From Picochlorum sp. SENEW3 (Eukaryota), in contig CP120454.1 in assembly GCA_034226945.1 (NCBI GenBank), positions 1,116,001 to 1,180,000 on the forward strand: a stretch of 64,000 bases of DNA. The letters are read 5' to 3'. The position numbers and the translations under genes are program-made. The notes beneath the pieces were generated by a model. It was not told the origin of the DNA. It worked only from the letters and a program-made list of their open reading frames with translations, and made no database searches. Positions 12,568 through 25,733 of this stretch are shown here, piece after piece; the first letter of the stretch is position 1, and every line of letters begins with the position of its first letter.

Positions 12568-15500
12568 ATGGCATACAAGGCGATTCTATCAGTAGATGGA
12601 TTACCTTTTCTTCATATCAAAACAATGGTGGAATTAGAAGGAGAAGAGGGTGATTACCAGCGTGTCCAGCGAGGCTTGCAGGCAACTACCACCTCCTCGC
12701 CTCGAGCTGAGTTCGAACGGCTCACAGAACTGCTCTCAAAGACAGGGATATATCTGCCAAAAGACGAAGATTCTATCAGACAGGCCTTGTCCCATCAGGA
12801 TGACGGACGGGGTTTGTTGCGATGGGTTGTTGCCAGGCTTGAGTGTTTGCAACACCTCGAGTGTCTACAGAGCGTCCACGATTTAATTCAAGAACGTGAT
12901 GCACAGAGAGCAGATAAAGATAAGATGAAGATGTATGGATATATGAGGCGAAAGGGCGTTGTGGCTGTGGCAATGGAATGTGCCTGTTCTGGGAATTTGG
13001 AGACGGTTGGTCTCTTGCTGCAACAGTATCCATATACTGTCATGCCTAGGATTATGGATGTGTTGCAAGGAGCACCCGAAAGTATATCTGACAAAGAGAT
13101 GCTACGCGTGTTGACGAGTGTGATGGAGGCGAGGCGGTATTCTCCGAGTGGCCCACCATTGCGTCGGGAAGCAGATGTGGTCGAGTGTGAAGCAGTGTGT
13201 GGCTTTCTCAGGTCCTGGAGCAATGCTGATATCTTATATACTGAGCGGATGGCAAAGTTAAATTATGGATGGTGCTGTCCAACGAATCATGAGATCGAGT
13301 CATGGATTGTGTGCAGGGCACTGGAGGTGGACAGAGTTACAGGACTGTATCTGGATGCTCAGGGATTGCTTGATATGGGAATGGAACTCCTTGGTCACGG
13401 ACAAGAGATGAAAAAAACCTCTATGCTATACAAGAGTAATATACTATCAAAAGAGTACGAGCTGTACATGTTACTATGCGATCAGGTAGGAAGAAGGGAC
13501 ACTGGCGCTCTGCCCTGTACCATGGTTGACTTTGTGAATGCTTCTGTGGAGCAGCGACTGGAGTGCATCATTGGTCTGTGCTTGGAGGCTGATGGGGATA
13601 TTTTACGCTTACGTAGTGAGTATATACAGCCCTTGATGTCGCTTCAAATGCAGTTAGATGGTGTGGATGATGTGAGAGCATTGGATGCCCTGCAAGCAAT
13701 GCTGTTAGGGTACTCCTCTGTAGCTCTTCGCGGCGTCTTGGATTTTTTAATGGCCGAGACTTCTCAGTCTTCTTATATACTGGATTCATCCAGCATTGTG
13801 CGTATTTGTTGTGAGATTATCTTGTCAGACAGTGCTGCTCATGATTGCACAATGGATGTTTTGCATGTGGCAAAGGCAGCATTAGAGCAGAGTAATGACT
13901 CCTCTCTAATGCAGATGGTACATGATGTAGAAAATCATGTCAATGCTGCATCGCTGCTGGGGCAGATGGGGAAAACACGTAGCGCTGCAGAAGTCGCGAG
14001 GATGTCACCACAAGCTTGGTTTGATGTGCTGTGTGAAGTTATTGATAGCCAAGCGTCGCTTGGGGTGTCCAGCGGACAGTGGAGGGATTTATGGGATATT
14101 ATAGATAACGTCTTGCACATTGTTGCCTTGGGAAGTCAGTACGTGGACAAGCTTCGTGAAATGCACTGTCAGTATTCCTTGAAACTTGGATTTCTCAGCC
14201 AGGCTGAAGAATACCTTTCAACGGTGTCAGAAAGTACAAGGGAAACTTTGATTCTTAGTTATGCACAAGAGCTTCTATATGATGCGGATACTTCAGATGA
14301 TGCGATACATGTGGCGAAGAAAGTACTTGGTCTGCTCCCAGAGAGTCAGAAGGCAAGGCATGAGATTGAGTTTATTGAGAATATCACCAAACTGCGGGAG
14401 CTCGGGATTGAACTTTCTGCACAGCAACTGCAAAAGTCATCAAATACATCTCAAATGTTCTCCAGTGCAATGCATAATGTGCAATCTATGGAGGGCTTGC
14501 AAGATATTGAGAAAGTAATTCATCTGTCAACAAGTTTGAATACAGGGTTCTCGAGGCTGGAGATATTGATTCAGTTGGCAGAAACCGCATTTGGATTTCA
14601 AGATGCAGCACTTTGTGAGAAAATCTGCTTGCAATTGGTTGAGTCTGAGGCGAGGTAAGTTTGATGACTGTTTTGAATTGCAACACTGCAAAAACAACAA
14701 TGATGTTGAGCAATCTGATTCCAGGGATGCATTACCCATGATACTCAAGCTTGTGGAATCTGATCTAGAGATACAACAAGACACGAGGTCTCGTCTTGTC
14801 TCATTCGCGCTCATGGGAGCGGACCCTAAATCTCTACTTGCCTTGCTTGGAGAGCTTCGAAAAGCCCGTGAGAATGACATGGGAGGGATTTTGGTTGATA
14901 TCATGGAAGACAACAGGAGCAGGTTTATGCCAGATAGAATCTCTGTTGTTGATGAGAGGAGTAGTACAATTCAGATTATATCTGCTCTTTCTGCTTTGAC
15001 GTCGGATAGTATTTGTGATTGGATGGAAAGTTTCATTGCTAACGATGATGGCAACCTTGATAGAGCCCTTGCACGATCAGTGTACATTGGTGCCATTGCT
15101 GCCATATCTATCCATGCCATTGGCTTGGCTTTGTCAGAGGGCAAGAATTGTATTGCTAGTGATATAGAGTCGATGGACAAACTGGTCCATATTGACATTG
15201 CAGCTCTGTGCTTGTTAGGCAGCAAATGCATCACCACATTAGTAGCAACTGAGAATCAAGGGAACATCTTATCAAGGCTCGCATCAATAATGCGTCACGC
15301 AGGATCTTCATTGGTCGCTACATCAGACCAGAGTAGAGTGGCTCTGATGCATGACAAAGATGCACAGGACCTTTGGGCAACAGGTGATGTGCATGCTCAA
15401 AAGAGAGCCCTTCTTCAACTGACCGATAAAATAGCAGCATCTCAAGTTGGCAAGTATGGCATTATGAGTTCTCTCAAGGCTTTTTCAGTGGAGGCCGCGT

Positions 15501-17941
15501 CTGTGGAAATTGGGATACCAGAGCTCGCTGACATCTATCTGCTGGCAGACAGATGTGGAGCCAATGTAGAAGAGTTGGAAGATGTCTTTGTCAAAGGAGT
15601 TCTTTATCGACATGGGTCAACAGAAGCATTCAGCAACTCTTGGTCTATAATAACCACTCAACGGCCTTTGTTCGGGGCGAAACTAGCGGTATCATTTGGT
15701 GTGGAAGCAAGTGATATTTCAAACTTTGAGGCAGTCAGAGTGATGGAAATGATTACTCAATGCCTCCATTCACTGAGTTCCAGTGACGATGCTATCAGCG
15801 GAGTTGAGACAAATTTCAGCAATATTTACGATATTTGCGTCTCTCATGCCGGGGAGGACTGGATCAATATGCGCATTCTTCTCTTACCTGTATTTCAGGT
15901 TCTCGCTCATTTTCTCAATCAAGAGCCTTTTGATGGCCAAAGATCTGACATTGCCAAGTGGGTGATCTCAGCAGCATGTGAAAGTAACGCATCTGATATG
16001 TTTGGCATGATACATAAGTTGATTCTCGAGTATTGCGCAATCAGAGAGAAGCTGGAGTCTGTTGATTTGCCAGGGGATTATCCTGTGGATGCCAGCCTGA
16101 CAATATTTAGTGCTCTGTTGAAAATGGCCTCCAAGATTTGTGAAGATACTACTGATACTAAAAAGGCTTCAAGTTTACTAGGAATGCTCGATATGAGATC
16201 AGAAGTCAACTTCGGACTTTTCTTGGTGGATCCCATGCTGACCATGGAATGTATGCACCTGGAGTTCCAAGAATTTGCACAGTCTTTTGAAGAAGAGGCA
16301 TTGCATCGCCTGCTCAACATAGTTGTTGAATCTGTACGCCATAAAGATGCCCCAGATGAGACAACACAGAATTTGAAGCTGGAGCTTTTGTATAAGAATG
16401 CCCTGATGACATTGCAGAGTGAACTGGCACCACACCACATCTCTGATGATATTCTTAGCCAGATCGCATCGATTATTGTCTCAAACGCGAATGCTAATGA
16501 AGTTATATCACGAATCCAAGAAATATTGCGAACATTTGTGTACGTCGGAATGGCGTACAACAGCGAAATTGGTGAAATGGTGTCACGTATTGTCACCTTG
16601 TGTGATAACCCGAGTATAGAAGCTAATGCCTTAATGACTGGCATGTATCTTGACTCTTTAGATTTGTGCCTCAGTGCTTTAGAAAATGAAAGCAATGCCA
16701 GTGTGGAGATATCTACAGGGGAAGCGATCCAAAATATTTTCGGTGTAGTCAGGTCTCTTGACGGTACTCCTGCCACTGGAATGGACATTATGGATCCAAC
16801 AACATTGCGATCTGCTGTCTACGAACGCATCGGAAATTATTTAGTGAATTTCCGTGGACATAAAGATATCGTAAAATCTGAAATTCAAATTCAATTGGTG
16901 GAAATGATGGCTTCGTTGGGGAAGGACAAATGGATTGACTGGGAGCCTCCGTCAACAGGCTTTGACTGGTCTCTCCAGGGAGAATCCCTTTTGCATTCTA
17001 GACTATTCTCTCACTTTTCAACAGACTGGCCAGAGGCTTTGGAGATTTCATCAGTATCTCCTGAGAATTTGGCGACTGTCGAATCTGTCAATGAAGCGGT
17101 GGTAGCCATGTCAAAAAATGCTTCAACTGCACAACAAGCATTCTCTTTGTGGACAGCAATCTCTTCCATCCTCTTGCCTCACTTCCGCACCACCGACGAA
17201 ATAGACAAAAAACTGCAGGAGTCTTACAATGCCACATTAAAGCGAGTCATTGAATTGGGAGAATCTAATAACATGTTGTTTGCTCTTGATGAGTACGTTG
17301 GTAGATTTGGTCAACTCGGCCAAGAACTGCACAAATCTGCGATCAAGTCATCAGAGCCAAAAAATCAGCCGCTCATTCATATGATCGTTGGTATTCATAC
17401 CGATGACTATAGAAATGGTGCGAATGAGGAGATTCTGACAGGCATGCTGGATTTCATGAAGAGCAGCGATGTTCCAGACTCCCACAAACTTGCTGCCATT
17501 GTCCTGGCTATACAGAATAACACAATCTCTGCCATTCTGGATCAATCAGACTCTGTATTTTTACAGGATATATGTTACATGATAACTCGTGCGTCAGAAT
17601 TGCAACAGACACTGACGTGCACGACTGATGAGATTGGAGAATCATTTGAATGTCCAATCAGAGCCCTCATCTGTTCTGCCTTCATATCACATCTCCTCCA
17701 GAGAAGGCACAACAATGAAGCATCCTATGTAGCTTTTGAAACTGTTGGGCTTTGTCGAGCATTTCGAGTGAAAGACTCCGGTTTACCAGTCATACGCGCC
17801 TTTTTGTCTCGAATCAGAAGCATACATTGGGGGGCTGGGACCTATTCAGACCTTGCAAGTGTCCTGCACATTCCAGCGTGCTCTGCACTGGCTGCACTCA
17901 TACACGAAATACCTGATCGATGCGCCGATGCCTTGTCATAA
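12568..17941 (+). CDS. NBAS/Sec39 (MAG2-interacting protein 2-like) ER tethering factor; two ORFs joined by an intron near 14655
   Basis: AMECACSGNLETVGLLLQQYPY..MDVLQGAPES and WIVCRALEVDRVTG resemble the Sec39 domain. GTAAGT donor at ~14655; long helical protein. Confidence 0.7.
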
Positions 17942-18012
17942 ATTATCATCCTCTCTTAGAAAGAAGTCTCTAGTACTCATTACATGACTATGTAATAAAA
18001 TAATACATGATA

Positions 18013-19202
18013 TCACACACCAGGATGACTCCTCTTTGCAAATGTTTGTGATATCAGTAATGGAAACAAAATACTTGCATCTCCATGAACCTTGACCGGC
18101 GTTGCATCAGCTCGTATCTTACCCCACGACACTGCCTCATCCGGTCGAGCACCGCTATCACTCCCATCGTATTCTTGAGCTGTGTTGAGGTACACTGCAA
18201 AATCAGCCCCATTCTTCATCAAATTCGCATTACAAATATGATGCTTGGGGACACCTCCTCCTAAAATAATAACACCAGTCTTCCTCGGCTTTGCCTTTAA
18301 TGCCTCATCATTCATCAAACGAATATCTCGAACCAAGTCAATCACGAGACCATCAGACTTGTACGTGTGAAAATACAACATATCACCCAAAGACCCATCT
18401 GTCAATGCTGGACAATAGATAGGAATCCCGTTCTTCGCCGCCCAATAACAAATCGAATCTTTATGATCAATTTCTCTCCCTAATCGTTCAATCACTCGAG
18501 AAGGCGTCCACACGGCACCCTCCTCACACTGCTCACGCAGCATGGCATCCAATATAGGCATCACCCAATCCTCAAACTTGCAATAATTCGAATTCGGTAT
18601 CAACATATTCCCGGCCCTATTTATCCCTTTACTCCTTAAGTCGGACCCTTTCAACTGAAAATCGCCCACGTACGTCGGAGCAAGACATTTGATGATATCC
18701 TCTTCCACCCCACCAGCTGTCGTCACCAGCACATCCACCATACCATGCTCCACCAGGTACCTAATATTCTCTCGAACTCCAGCAGACACAAGATTCGAAG
18801 TATACCCTAGGAAAATCTTACACCGATCACGCCGCACCCCACCATCCTCCTCATCACACTCAGATTCAGGCACTCTCCAGTCAAGCATGGAATTCACTTC
18901 GTCCACTGCCCTCCCGAGCGCCGTCGCTTGGAGTCCCGTTCCCTTGAAAGACTCCATTATACCATCTATATCCCTTCCATGATTGAAATCATGCCCTCGA
19001 ATCGGAACAGAGTCTGCAGGAAGCTCCTCACTCGGCACGAGAACAGCCTACAAGCAACATAAGGCATCACACCCTTCTCTTGAAATCGATAATACCCAAC
19101 TATTAAAATGCAGTGACTATTGCACACCTGTGTCGCAAGATCTGGCCCTGAACTCGGGGATGCATGCTTTTTGCCTTGCTCCCCAGAATCACCACAACCC
19201 AT
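18013..19202 (-). CDS. DHS: Deoxyhypusine synthase
   Basis: [33 protein letters not shown] and [17 protein letters not shown]; short 5' exon spliced to AVLVPSEE. Confidence 0.95.
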
Positions 19203-19236
19203 CACGCTATCGTTGATATTCTAAACAATAAATTCT

Positions 19237-19871
19237 TTATGAACCTCTGAAATACGCCTTCAATCCTTGCGCAAAGAGCTCTGATCGCAGCCCTTTGAGC
19301 TGATTCTGGGCAGCTTTTGAACATTTGAAATACCCAACCAAATTCGCCCCTGACAGCAACACAGCAATCACCACCAGCAATAGATAGTCGACGTTCAGCT
19401 TTAGGAATGCAATGATTCCAAGCAGCACCCATACGACCGGTGTTGCGTACAATACCAACCAAAACATGCGTGAATCAAATGTGTTGACTCCCCGCTGGCC
19501 TTCTTGCAGACTCTCAAACTTCCATTCATTGCCCCCTCTCTCGGATACTTCATTCCACCATCTCAATCCAACCATCAGCCTTCCTGACACATTCTTTACC
19601 TACAGTAAAATGAATCAGATGTGATGTATGGGTTGAGATCCAGAGCAGATTGATTTGTCTTGTTGCAAACCAAATTCAGACAAGCACGTACAGTCCAAAA
19701 GTCACACATCAGCAGGAACACAACAATGCAAAAGTTGACTACAAAATTCAATGGCAGCCATCCGCATAAGATGTAGTATACCATGGCTAGAGATTTGAAT
19801 ACTAGAAGAAACACGAGCGCAGTTGGGTGTGGAGCTGCCTCTTGAGGCTGTTCAGTCGTCTGATCAGCCAT
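19237..19871 (-). CDS. TVP23: Golgi membrane protein TVP23/ECHIDNA family
   Basis: HP..LVFLLVFK, CDFWT / KNVSGRLMVGLRWWN, WKFES and ANLVGYFKC, split over short introns. Confidence 0.9.
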
Positions 19872-20063
19872 CGTGAATACAACAGTCTTTTTATTTTTAC
19901 TGAATTGGGTGTATGGGCACGAGTCATACCGCCAAGGCACGGTGGTATTTTCATCGTTCTAATTCTATCGAATTAGGAAAATCTTGTAGCATTTTGTGCA
20001 TACCACGCCTTCTCCAAGGCAGTGTTTCTTTATTTGAAAGTACTAGTTCGATTAGGGTGGGTG

Positions 20064-21806
20064 ATGCGTGGGATACTGTGCCCCAACAGGGCTACATGTA
20101 GTGTAAAAAAGAACAGAAGCGGTTTTTTGCCAAGGCAATTACGAGTCGATCGGGGATTATGGATACCGTTTTCTACTCAATATGAACGATCTGGAACTAT
20201 AGATGAACAAATGACAAGGGGGAAAGAGGGTGCGCAGAGCAACATGGAGAAAGGAAAACGAATATGCATTGTTGGAGCAGGTGCAGCAGGTCTTGCACTT
20301 GCTGGGAGGCTTGCCTCCAAGGATTGCGTGGAGCGAGTTGTTGTGCTGGAGAAGAATTCTTGTGTGGGTGGTCGATTGCAATCGGAAGAGATGGATGGGT
20401 TCAGGTTTGATACCGGGCCTTCGTTGCTTTTGTTTCCAAGAGTCTACAAGGAGACGTTTGAGGCCTTGGATGTTGATACGAGTGCGTTGGACCTGCGGCT
20501 TGTTTCCCCTGCAGCGTATAGAGTGATATTTCCAGATGTAGATACGATAGATTTGCTTGGTGATGAGGATGCCATGGTGGAGGCGATGGAGCAGCGTGAA
20601 AAGGGTGCTGGTGATGGGTATCGTCGGTTTTTAAGGATTGCAAGAAACAATTTGGAGCTGGGTATGCCGTATTTCATCGAACAGGATTTTACTCATTTGT
20701 CTGATGCAAAGGGTTTGTTAGATTTATTGCCAAAAGCGACGTCGTTGAATCCGTGGCATCTCTTGGGTCCGTATGATTTGGTGCTGAGGGAGTTTTTCAA
20801 GGATGCCAGGTTGCGGGCTGCAGTGACATTTCAAACTCTGTATGTGGGGTTGACTCCGTATAATGCGCCGGGCGTGTTTAGTCTTCTTGTCGGTACTGAA
20901 ATGAATGATGGCGTGTATTATCCAATGGGAGGTTTTCAGACTATTCGAGATGCGATAGAAAAGGCGGTTGTTGATTCTGGAGTGGAAATTTGTACAGACC
21001 ACGAGGTTGCTCGAATTCTTGTTCGAGATGACATGTCTGTTTGTGGCGTTGAGCTTGCAGATTCGGGGAGACGGATTGAGGCTGATATCGTGGTGTGTAA
21101 TAGAGATCTTCCAGCAGCGTATAGTCTCCTTGATGATGCACAGGCGGACGTGTCGTCAAACGCAAAAAGGTATGGGGAGCGGAAAACAGCCCAACTGTCA
21201 TCATTAGAGTATTCGAGTGGCATCATCGCATTCAATTGGTGCATTGATAGAAAGCTCGATGATTCACTACTTCATCATAATATATTCTTATCTGATCAGC
21301 CGAGAAAGGCGTGGAAATTAGCGAAAAGTGCAGACGAGTTGCAGGAATTTCCAAATTTTTATTGCCACATGCCAAGCAAGACAGACCCCAGTGCTGCACC
21401 AGCTGGCTGTGAAAGCGTCATGGTGCTTCTCCCAGTAGCGAATATGCAAAAGCTTCGAGATACAAATGGATATGACGCGCTTATTCGGAAAGGAAGGGAG
21501 GCTGTCGTGCGATATATGGCCAAGGTGACTGGCATTTCGGATTTTGAACAACACATTGTTGGGGAACGGGTGATTGACCCTATTGCATGGGAGCAGCTCT
21601 ACGGTCTCAAATTTGGCAGCGCCTTTGGCTTGGCTCATGGCTTGGATCAACTTAGTTTATTTAGACCAGCGAATAAAGACCCTACTGTATCAGGGTTGTA
21701 CTTTACTGGAGCATCAACTCGGCCAGGGAATGGAGTTCCCTTGTGCTTCATTTCAGCAAAACTGTGTGCAGAGCGAATCATGCACGACTTGCATGCATCA
21801 CCATAA
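20064..21806 (+). CDS. CrtI-family phytoene/carotenoid desaturase (bacterial/fungal type) with N-terminal extension
   Basis: VGAGAAGL FAD site, EKN..VGGR, FRFDTGPSLL, YPMGG, GSAFGLAH and GLYFTGASTRPGNGVP. Confidence 0.85.
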   Translation: MRGILCPNRATCSVKKNRSGFLPRQLRVDRGLWIPFSTQYERSGTIDEQMTRGKEGAQSNMEKGKRICIVGAGAAGLALAGRLASKDCVERVVVLEKNSCVGGRLQSEEMDGFRFDTGPSLLLFPRVYKETFEALDVDTSALDLRLVSPAAYRVIFPDVDTIDLLGDEDAMVEAMEQREKGAGDGYRRFLRIARNNLELGMPYFIEQDFTHLSDAKGLLDLLPKATSLNPWHLLGPYDLVLREFFKDARLRAAVTFQTLYVGLTPYNAPGVFSLLVGTEMNDGVYYPMGGFQTIRDAIEKAVVDSGVEICTDHEVARILVRDDMSVCGVELADSGRRIEADIVVCNRDLPAAYSLLDDAQADVSSNAKRYGERKTAQLSSLEYSSGIIAFNWCIDRKLDDSLLHHNIFLSDQPRKAWKLAKSADELQEFPNFYCHMPSKTDPSAAPAGCESVMVLLPVANMQKLRDTNGYDALIRKGREAVVRYMAKVTGISDFEQHIVGERVIDPIAWEQLYGLKFGSAFGLAHGLDQLSLFRPANKDPTVSGLYFTGASTRPGNGVPLCFISAKLCAERIMHDLHASP

Positions 21807-21840
21807 TTCATATGCATTGTATTGATTATGTATTATTACA

Positions 21841-22893
21841 TCAACTTTTTTTCATTCTCTTTGCTACAGGCTGTTTAAACTGCTTCGCAGAAGCCTTGGT
21901 CCTCGGATCTGTGGGCCCACCCGCAGTGCCTCCTCCTTGCTCTTGCTTCTTTATGGGCACAGGTTCTTTCTTGACTCGCACAACCCCGTCTTCTCTTTTC
22001 CGAAACACAAAAGTTGTAAACAAGGAACTGGCTATCTCTAAACTTGGATCACTCTCTGGAAAGGACGGCGCAAAATGCTTCAACACTCGACCAGCATCTT
22101 CTGGTCTCAGGCATGCCTCCAACGCAGGATCGTTGTACTCAACTACAGGTTCCAACCCAAACTCTTTTGCTACTGCAACCAGGACATTCTGATACACTAA
22201 ATACTCCAACGATCCCTCTGTACCCTGTTCTCCACCCGTCACAGTATCCCCAATCGCGCATATATATGGACTCCCAAATGTCGATGGCATCCCCTTCCAT
22301 CGAGCCTCAATCATCAACATGGGACTGGTAAATTTCGTGCTCTTCATCACACACTGATTAATCGACTTACCATCGGGCACAGTACCAAAGAAATACCCCC
22401 CTGGTTTCAAATTAATAGCAACATTATGTAAAAACTGCTTCAACGCCTTTTCTGACACAAAAAAGTAGTGCAATGCAAACATGCACGTCACAGCATCATA
22501 CAACTTTCCATCCCTGTACTCTTCAACTCCCAGCAACGGGGAATCCATAAATTCGCAAAATGTCCCAATCGATCCTTTTTGCTCTACAGCTGCACTATAT
22601 CTCCCTCTAGCCTCTTCAATTTCCCCGGGAGACAGATCAATGCCCTTGACATACGTTATATTGGCATCAATCCATTTCCACAAATCCCCCCCTCGTCCGC
22701 AAGCCAAGTCCAACAGCTTTTCAGCCCCATATGCAAATCTGTTTATCAAAGCACGCTTTATTGAGTTATGAAAACGCTTCAAGGGCGCACTTGGACCCTG
22801 CGCTCTGGCTTTCAAAGCTGACTGTTGGTCGACATGGGTCCCAGCGTGACGATTATAGTGATCCCTCGTGTACTTTAACGCATCCAGGTCCAT
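21841..22893 (-). CDS. mRNA cap guanine-N7 methyltransferase
   Basis: LKRFHNSIK, LDLACGRGGDLWKW, CMFALHY, GYFFGTVPD and EYLV. Confidence 0.9.
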   Translation of the reverse strand: MDLDALKYTRDHYNRHAGTHVDQQSALKARAQGPSAPLKRFHNSIKRALINRFAYGAEKLLDLACGRGGDLWKWIDANITYVKGIDLSPGEIEEARGRYSAAVEQKGSIGTFCEFMDSPLLGVEEYRDGKLYDAVTCMFALHYFFVSEKALKQFLHNVAINLKPGGYFFGTVPDGKSINQCVMKSTKFTSPMLMIEARWKGMPSTFGSPYICAIGDTVTGGEQGTEGSLEYLVYQNVLVAVAKEFGLEPVVEYNDPALEACLRPEDAGRVLKHFAPSFPESDPSLEIASSLFTTFVFRKREDGVVRVKKEPVPIKKQEQGGGTAGGPTDPRTKASAKQFKQPVAKRMKKS

Positions 22894-23203
22894 GGTATAC
22901 CACTTAGAAATACATAGATACGAACATACAGGCGCCATGCACAAAATACATCCCAGAGTTGTTCTTAATATTTTTATTACGACGACAATGCATCTACTGC
23001 GCCGTATTTGTCGCCATTGCCCTCTTTCGAAATGGGTATTGTCAATTCAAGGATATTTGTTACTAGGTGACTCGATCGCAGGGTCATCGCTGCAGCATAG
23101 AAGGGTACTCCTCTGGCAACGAGTAGCATCCACTTCATCTTTCCTTCTATTGCATCTCTATTCAAGGATCGCGTGGAAATCTATCATTTATATATATAAT
23201 CAA

Positions 23204-24592
23204 ATGCATTCGATATCATTCGGGTCTGTTCAAGGCAGATCGGGACTACTGCCGCATGTCGGAAGAAGACTGAGACATGGAAAGCAGCGCAAGTCTGCAG
23301 TATATACAGTTGCGATGAGCAGTTCTTCCGATGCAAGTGTTTTGGTCATTGGATCAGGGGGCAGAGAGCATGCTCTTGCGTGGAAATTCGGGGCATCCCC
23401 TTCCTGTTCCCAGGTGTATGTTGCTCCAGGGAATGCTGGAACTGCTCAGGAGTCACAATTGACCAATGTGGCTCTGGATCCTTCGGATCACAAGAAAGTT
23501 ATTGATTTCTGTAAAGAAAAAAAGGTCAGTTTTGTTGTGGTGGGTCCAGAGCAGCCGTTGGTGGATGGTCTTGTTGATTCCCTGACGAGTGCGGGGGTGA
23601 CTGCCTTTGGGCCAACAGCAAATGCAGCACAGCTTGAAGGGAGTAAGGCCTTTATGAAGAATCTTTGCAAGAAGTACAATATTCCAACAGCAGATTATAA
23701 TGTGTTTGATTCTCCGGAAGAAGCGAAATCGTATATTAGAGCGCATGGTGCACCGATTGTTGTCAAGACGAGTGGCTTGGCTGCTGGAAAGGGTGTCATT
23801 GTGGCAATGACAAACGAAGAGGCGTTCAAGGCGGTGGATGATATGATGATCCATTCAACGTTTGGATCTGCAGGGACAAAGGTTGTAGTAGAAGAGTTTC
23901 TGACGGGAGAAGAAGCTTCATTTTTTGCATTGATTGACGGTGCCACATGCATCCCACTGGTTGGTGCCCAGGACCACAAGGCAGTTGGAGAAGGCGACAC
24001 TGGCCCGAATACAGGTGGCATGGGCAGTTACTCGCCTGCTCCTGTGCTAACACAAGATATTGTTGATCAAGTGATGAAGGATATTATCGTTCCTACGGCT
24101 GAAGGCATGATTTCCGAAGGATGCCCATTTAGAGGAGTCTTGTTTGCAGGCCTGATGATTAAAGATGGCAAGGCCAAATTGCTCGAACATAATGTGCGAT
24201 TTGGTGACCCAGAATGCCAATCACTCATGGTGAGAATGAAATCAGATTTATTTGAAACATTAGATGCAGCGCTGAAGGGGGTATCTGATATAGATCTGGA
24301 GTGGGATCCAAATCCAAGTTTGACCGTGGTGATTGCTGCCAAGGGCTATCCTGGATCATACGCCAAGGGTTCCGTCATCGAAGGACTCGACGCTGTCACA
24401 GGCGCCAAAGTCTTCCACGCAGGAACCGCTTTAAAAGATGGAAAGGTTGTCTCGGCTGGTGGTCGAGTGTTAGGAGTGACCGCCACCGGAAGCACTGTGG
24501 CTGAGGCACAGCACAAGGCCTATGCAGCTGTCGATCAAATACACTACGAGGACGGATTCTGTAGACGCGATATAGGATGGAGAGCAGTGTAA
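23204..24592 (+). CDS. purD: Phosphoribosylamine-glycine ligase (GAR synthetase), plastid-targeted
   Basis: VIGSGGREHAL, GPEQPL, LEGSKAF, GLAAGKGV, GPNTGGMG, RFGDPE and GGRVL. Confidence 0.95.
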   Translation: MHSISFGSVQGRSGLLPHVGRRLRHGKQRKSAVYTVAMSSSSDASVLVIGSGGREHALAWKFGASPSCSQVYVAPGNAGTAQESQLTNVALDPSDHKKVIDFCKEKKVSFVVVGPEQPLVDGLVDSLTSAGVTAFGPTANAAQLEGSKAFMKNLCKKYNIPTADYNVFDSPEEAKSYIRAHGAPIVVKTSGLAAGKGVIVAMTNEEAFKAVDDMMIHSTFGSAGTKVVVEEFLTGEEASFFALIDGATCIPLVGAQDHKAVGEGDTGPNTGGMGSYSPAPVLTQDIVDQVMKDIIVPTAEGMISEGCPFRGVLFAGLMIKDGKAKLLEHNVRFGDPECQSLMVRMKSDLFETLDAALKGVSDIDLEWDPNPSLTVVIAAKGYPGSYAKGSVIEGLDAVTGAKVFHAGTALKDGKVVSAGGRVLGVTATGSTVAEAQHKAYAAVDQIHYEDGFCRRDIGWRAV

Positions 24593-24627
24593 TGAAACAC
24601 TATCTGTAGTAATAGTATTACAACGAA

Positions 24628-25272
24628 TTAATTCTGTGTCGAAATTGTAAATGAAGATGTACAAATTGACGATACTGGCAGACAGCCCTCATCAGCATCC
24701 CTCATGCATGCCCCAAGTGTTACTTGATTAAACGAATCCATCTCCTCTGATCCCGGTAATTCCTGAACATCGATTCTAACATTGACATATTTCCCATCAA
24801 CGAGACGCTGCATACGATCATCGCTCTCCTCTGACTCGGGACCACTCACAAGCAATTCCCTCAATGCCACTGGCTCTGTCGAGTTCTCTGCATACTCGAC
24901 CATAATCTGCACATTTCCCACCAGATCCCCCACATCTACCAACGATGATTCATTCACTCGTATCTTTATATCTATTTCACTGCCGTTGATGGGAATGCTA
25001 CCCATAATCGATGCAATGCTCAATGCCCCATACTGCTCCAAGCCAATACAATATTCTTGGACCACTTGGTCATCACCATTTTTATATGCAACTGCTCCAT
25101 TCTTTTCTGTGTATCCAAAACTCCAATCCATCCATTCAGAATCGATGACACCATCCGTGTACACATCTATTACCGCAGCTCTGCCCACATGGACAAATAC
25201 AGCAAGAAGCAGCAGCAGTAACCACCATGTGCCACTCCTCCTACAATCTTCATGACAAGGCCCTCCCTTCAT
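24628..25272 (-). CDS. Secreted acidic protein of unknown function (possible carbohydrate-binding beta-sandwich)
   Basis: Hydrophobic signal WWLLLLLLAVFVHV followed by VYTDG..WMDWSF. Confidence 0.55.
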   Translation of the reverse strand: MKGGPCHEDCRRSGTWWLLLLLLAVFVHVGRAAVIDVYTDGVIDSEWMDWSFGYTEKNGAVAYKNGDDQVVQEYCIGLEQYGALSIASIMGSIPINGSEIDIKIRVNESSLVDVGDLVGNVQIMVEYAENSTEPVALRELLVSGPESEESDDRMQRLVDGKYVNVRIDVQELPGSEEMDSFNQVTLGACMRDADEGCLPVSSICTSSFTISTQN

Positions 25273-25733
25273 GTATACGAGTCAACAAACATATGTACCA
25301 TTCAAATCACCCAGACAGATGAAAGATGGTATATATATACATGTATCTACACTACCGACATGTACTCAATCATGGGATGTCATGGGCCAGTCCCAAGAGA
25401 TTGACTCATCCAAGAATCTCCCTGGGAGGAGGATTACAAGGATTGGTCTCTTAGCCTCCAATGGTCAATGGGCATACCCTTCCTTCGATCCAACAGATGC
25501 ATATGAACGTATGATATTCCTTCTCCTCCTGATAGCAGTACTACTATATCGATTCCCTCCATCAATAGATCATCTAGCAGATGATGATGACTGTTCAAAA
25601 AATTACAAAATAGCCAGAATGATGATAATCTGTTGTGATGAGGCTTTCTTATAAAAAACTATCAGACACCCTCGCGGCTGTAATTTTATTTTATATTCCA
25701 TGTATGTAATACTATACAGTATTAATAGCTGAC

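Noticed and set aside
16078..16788. Long antisense ORFs (also 45370-45966, 56671-57417, 59227-59862, 61329-62030)
   Set aside because: They are shadow frames opposite well-supported genes and have no recognisable motifs.
22868..23203. Long N-terminal extension on PurD in the ORF track
   Set aside because: It overlaps the divergent cap-methyltransferase start and promoter; ATG 23204 gives a normal transit peptide.
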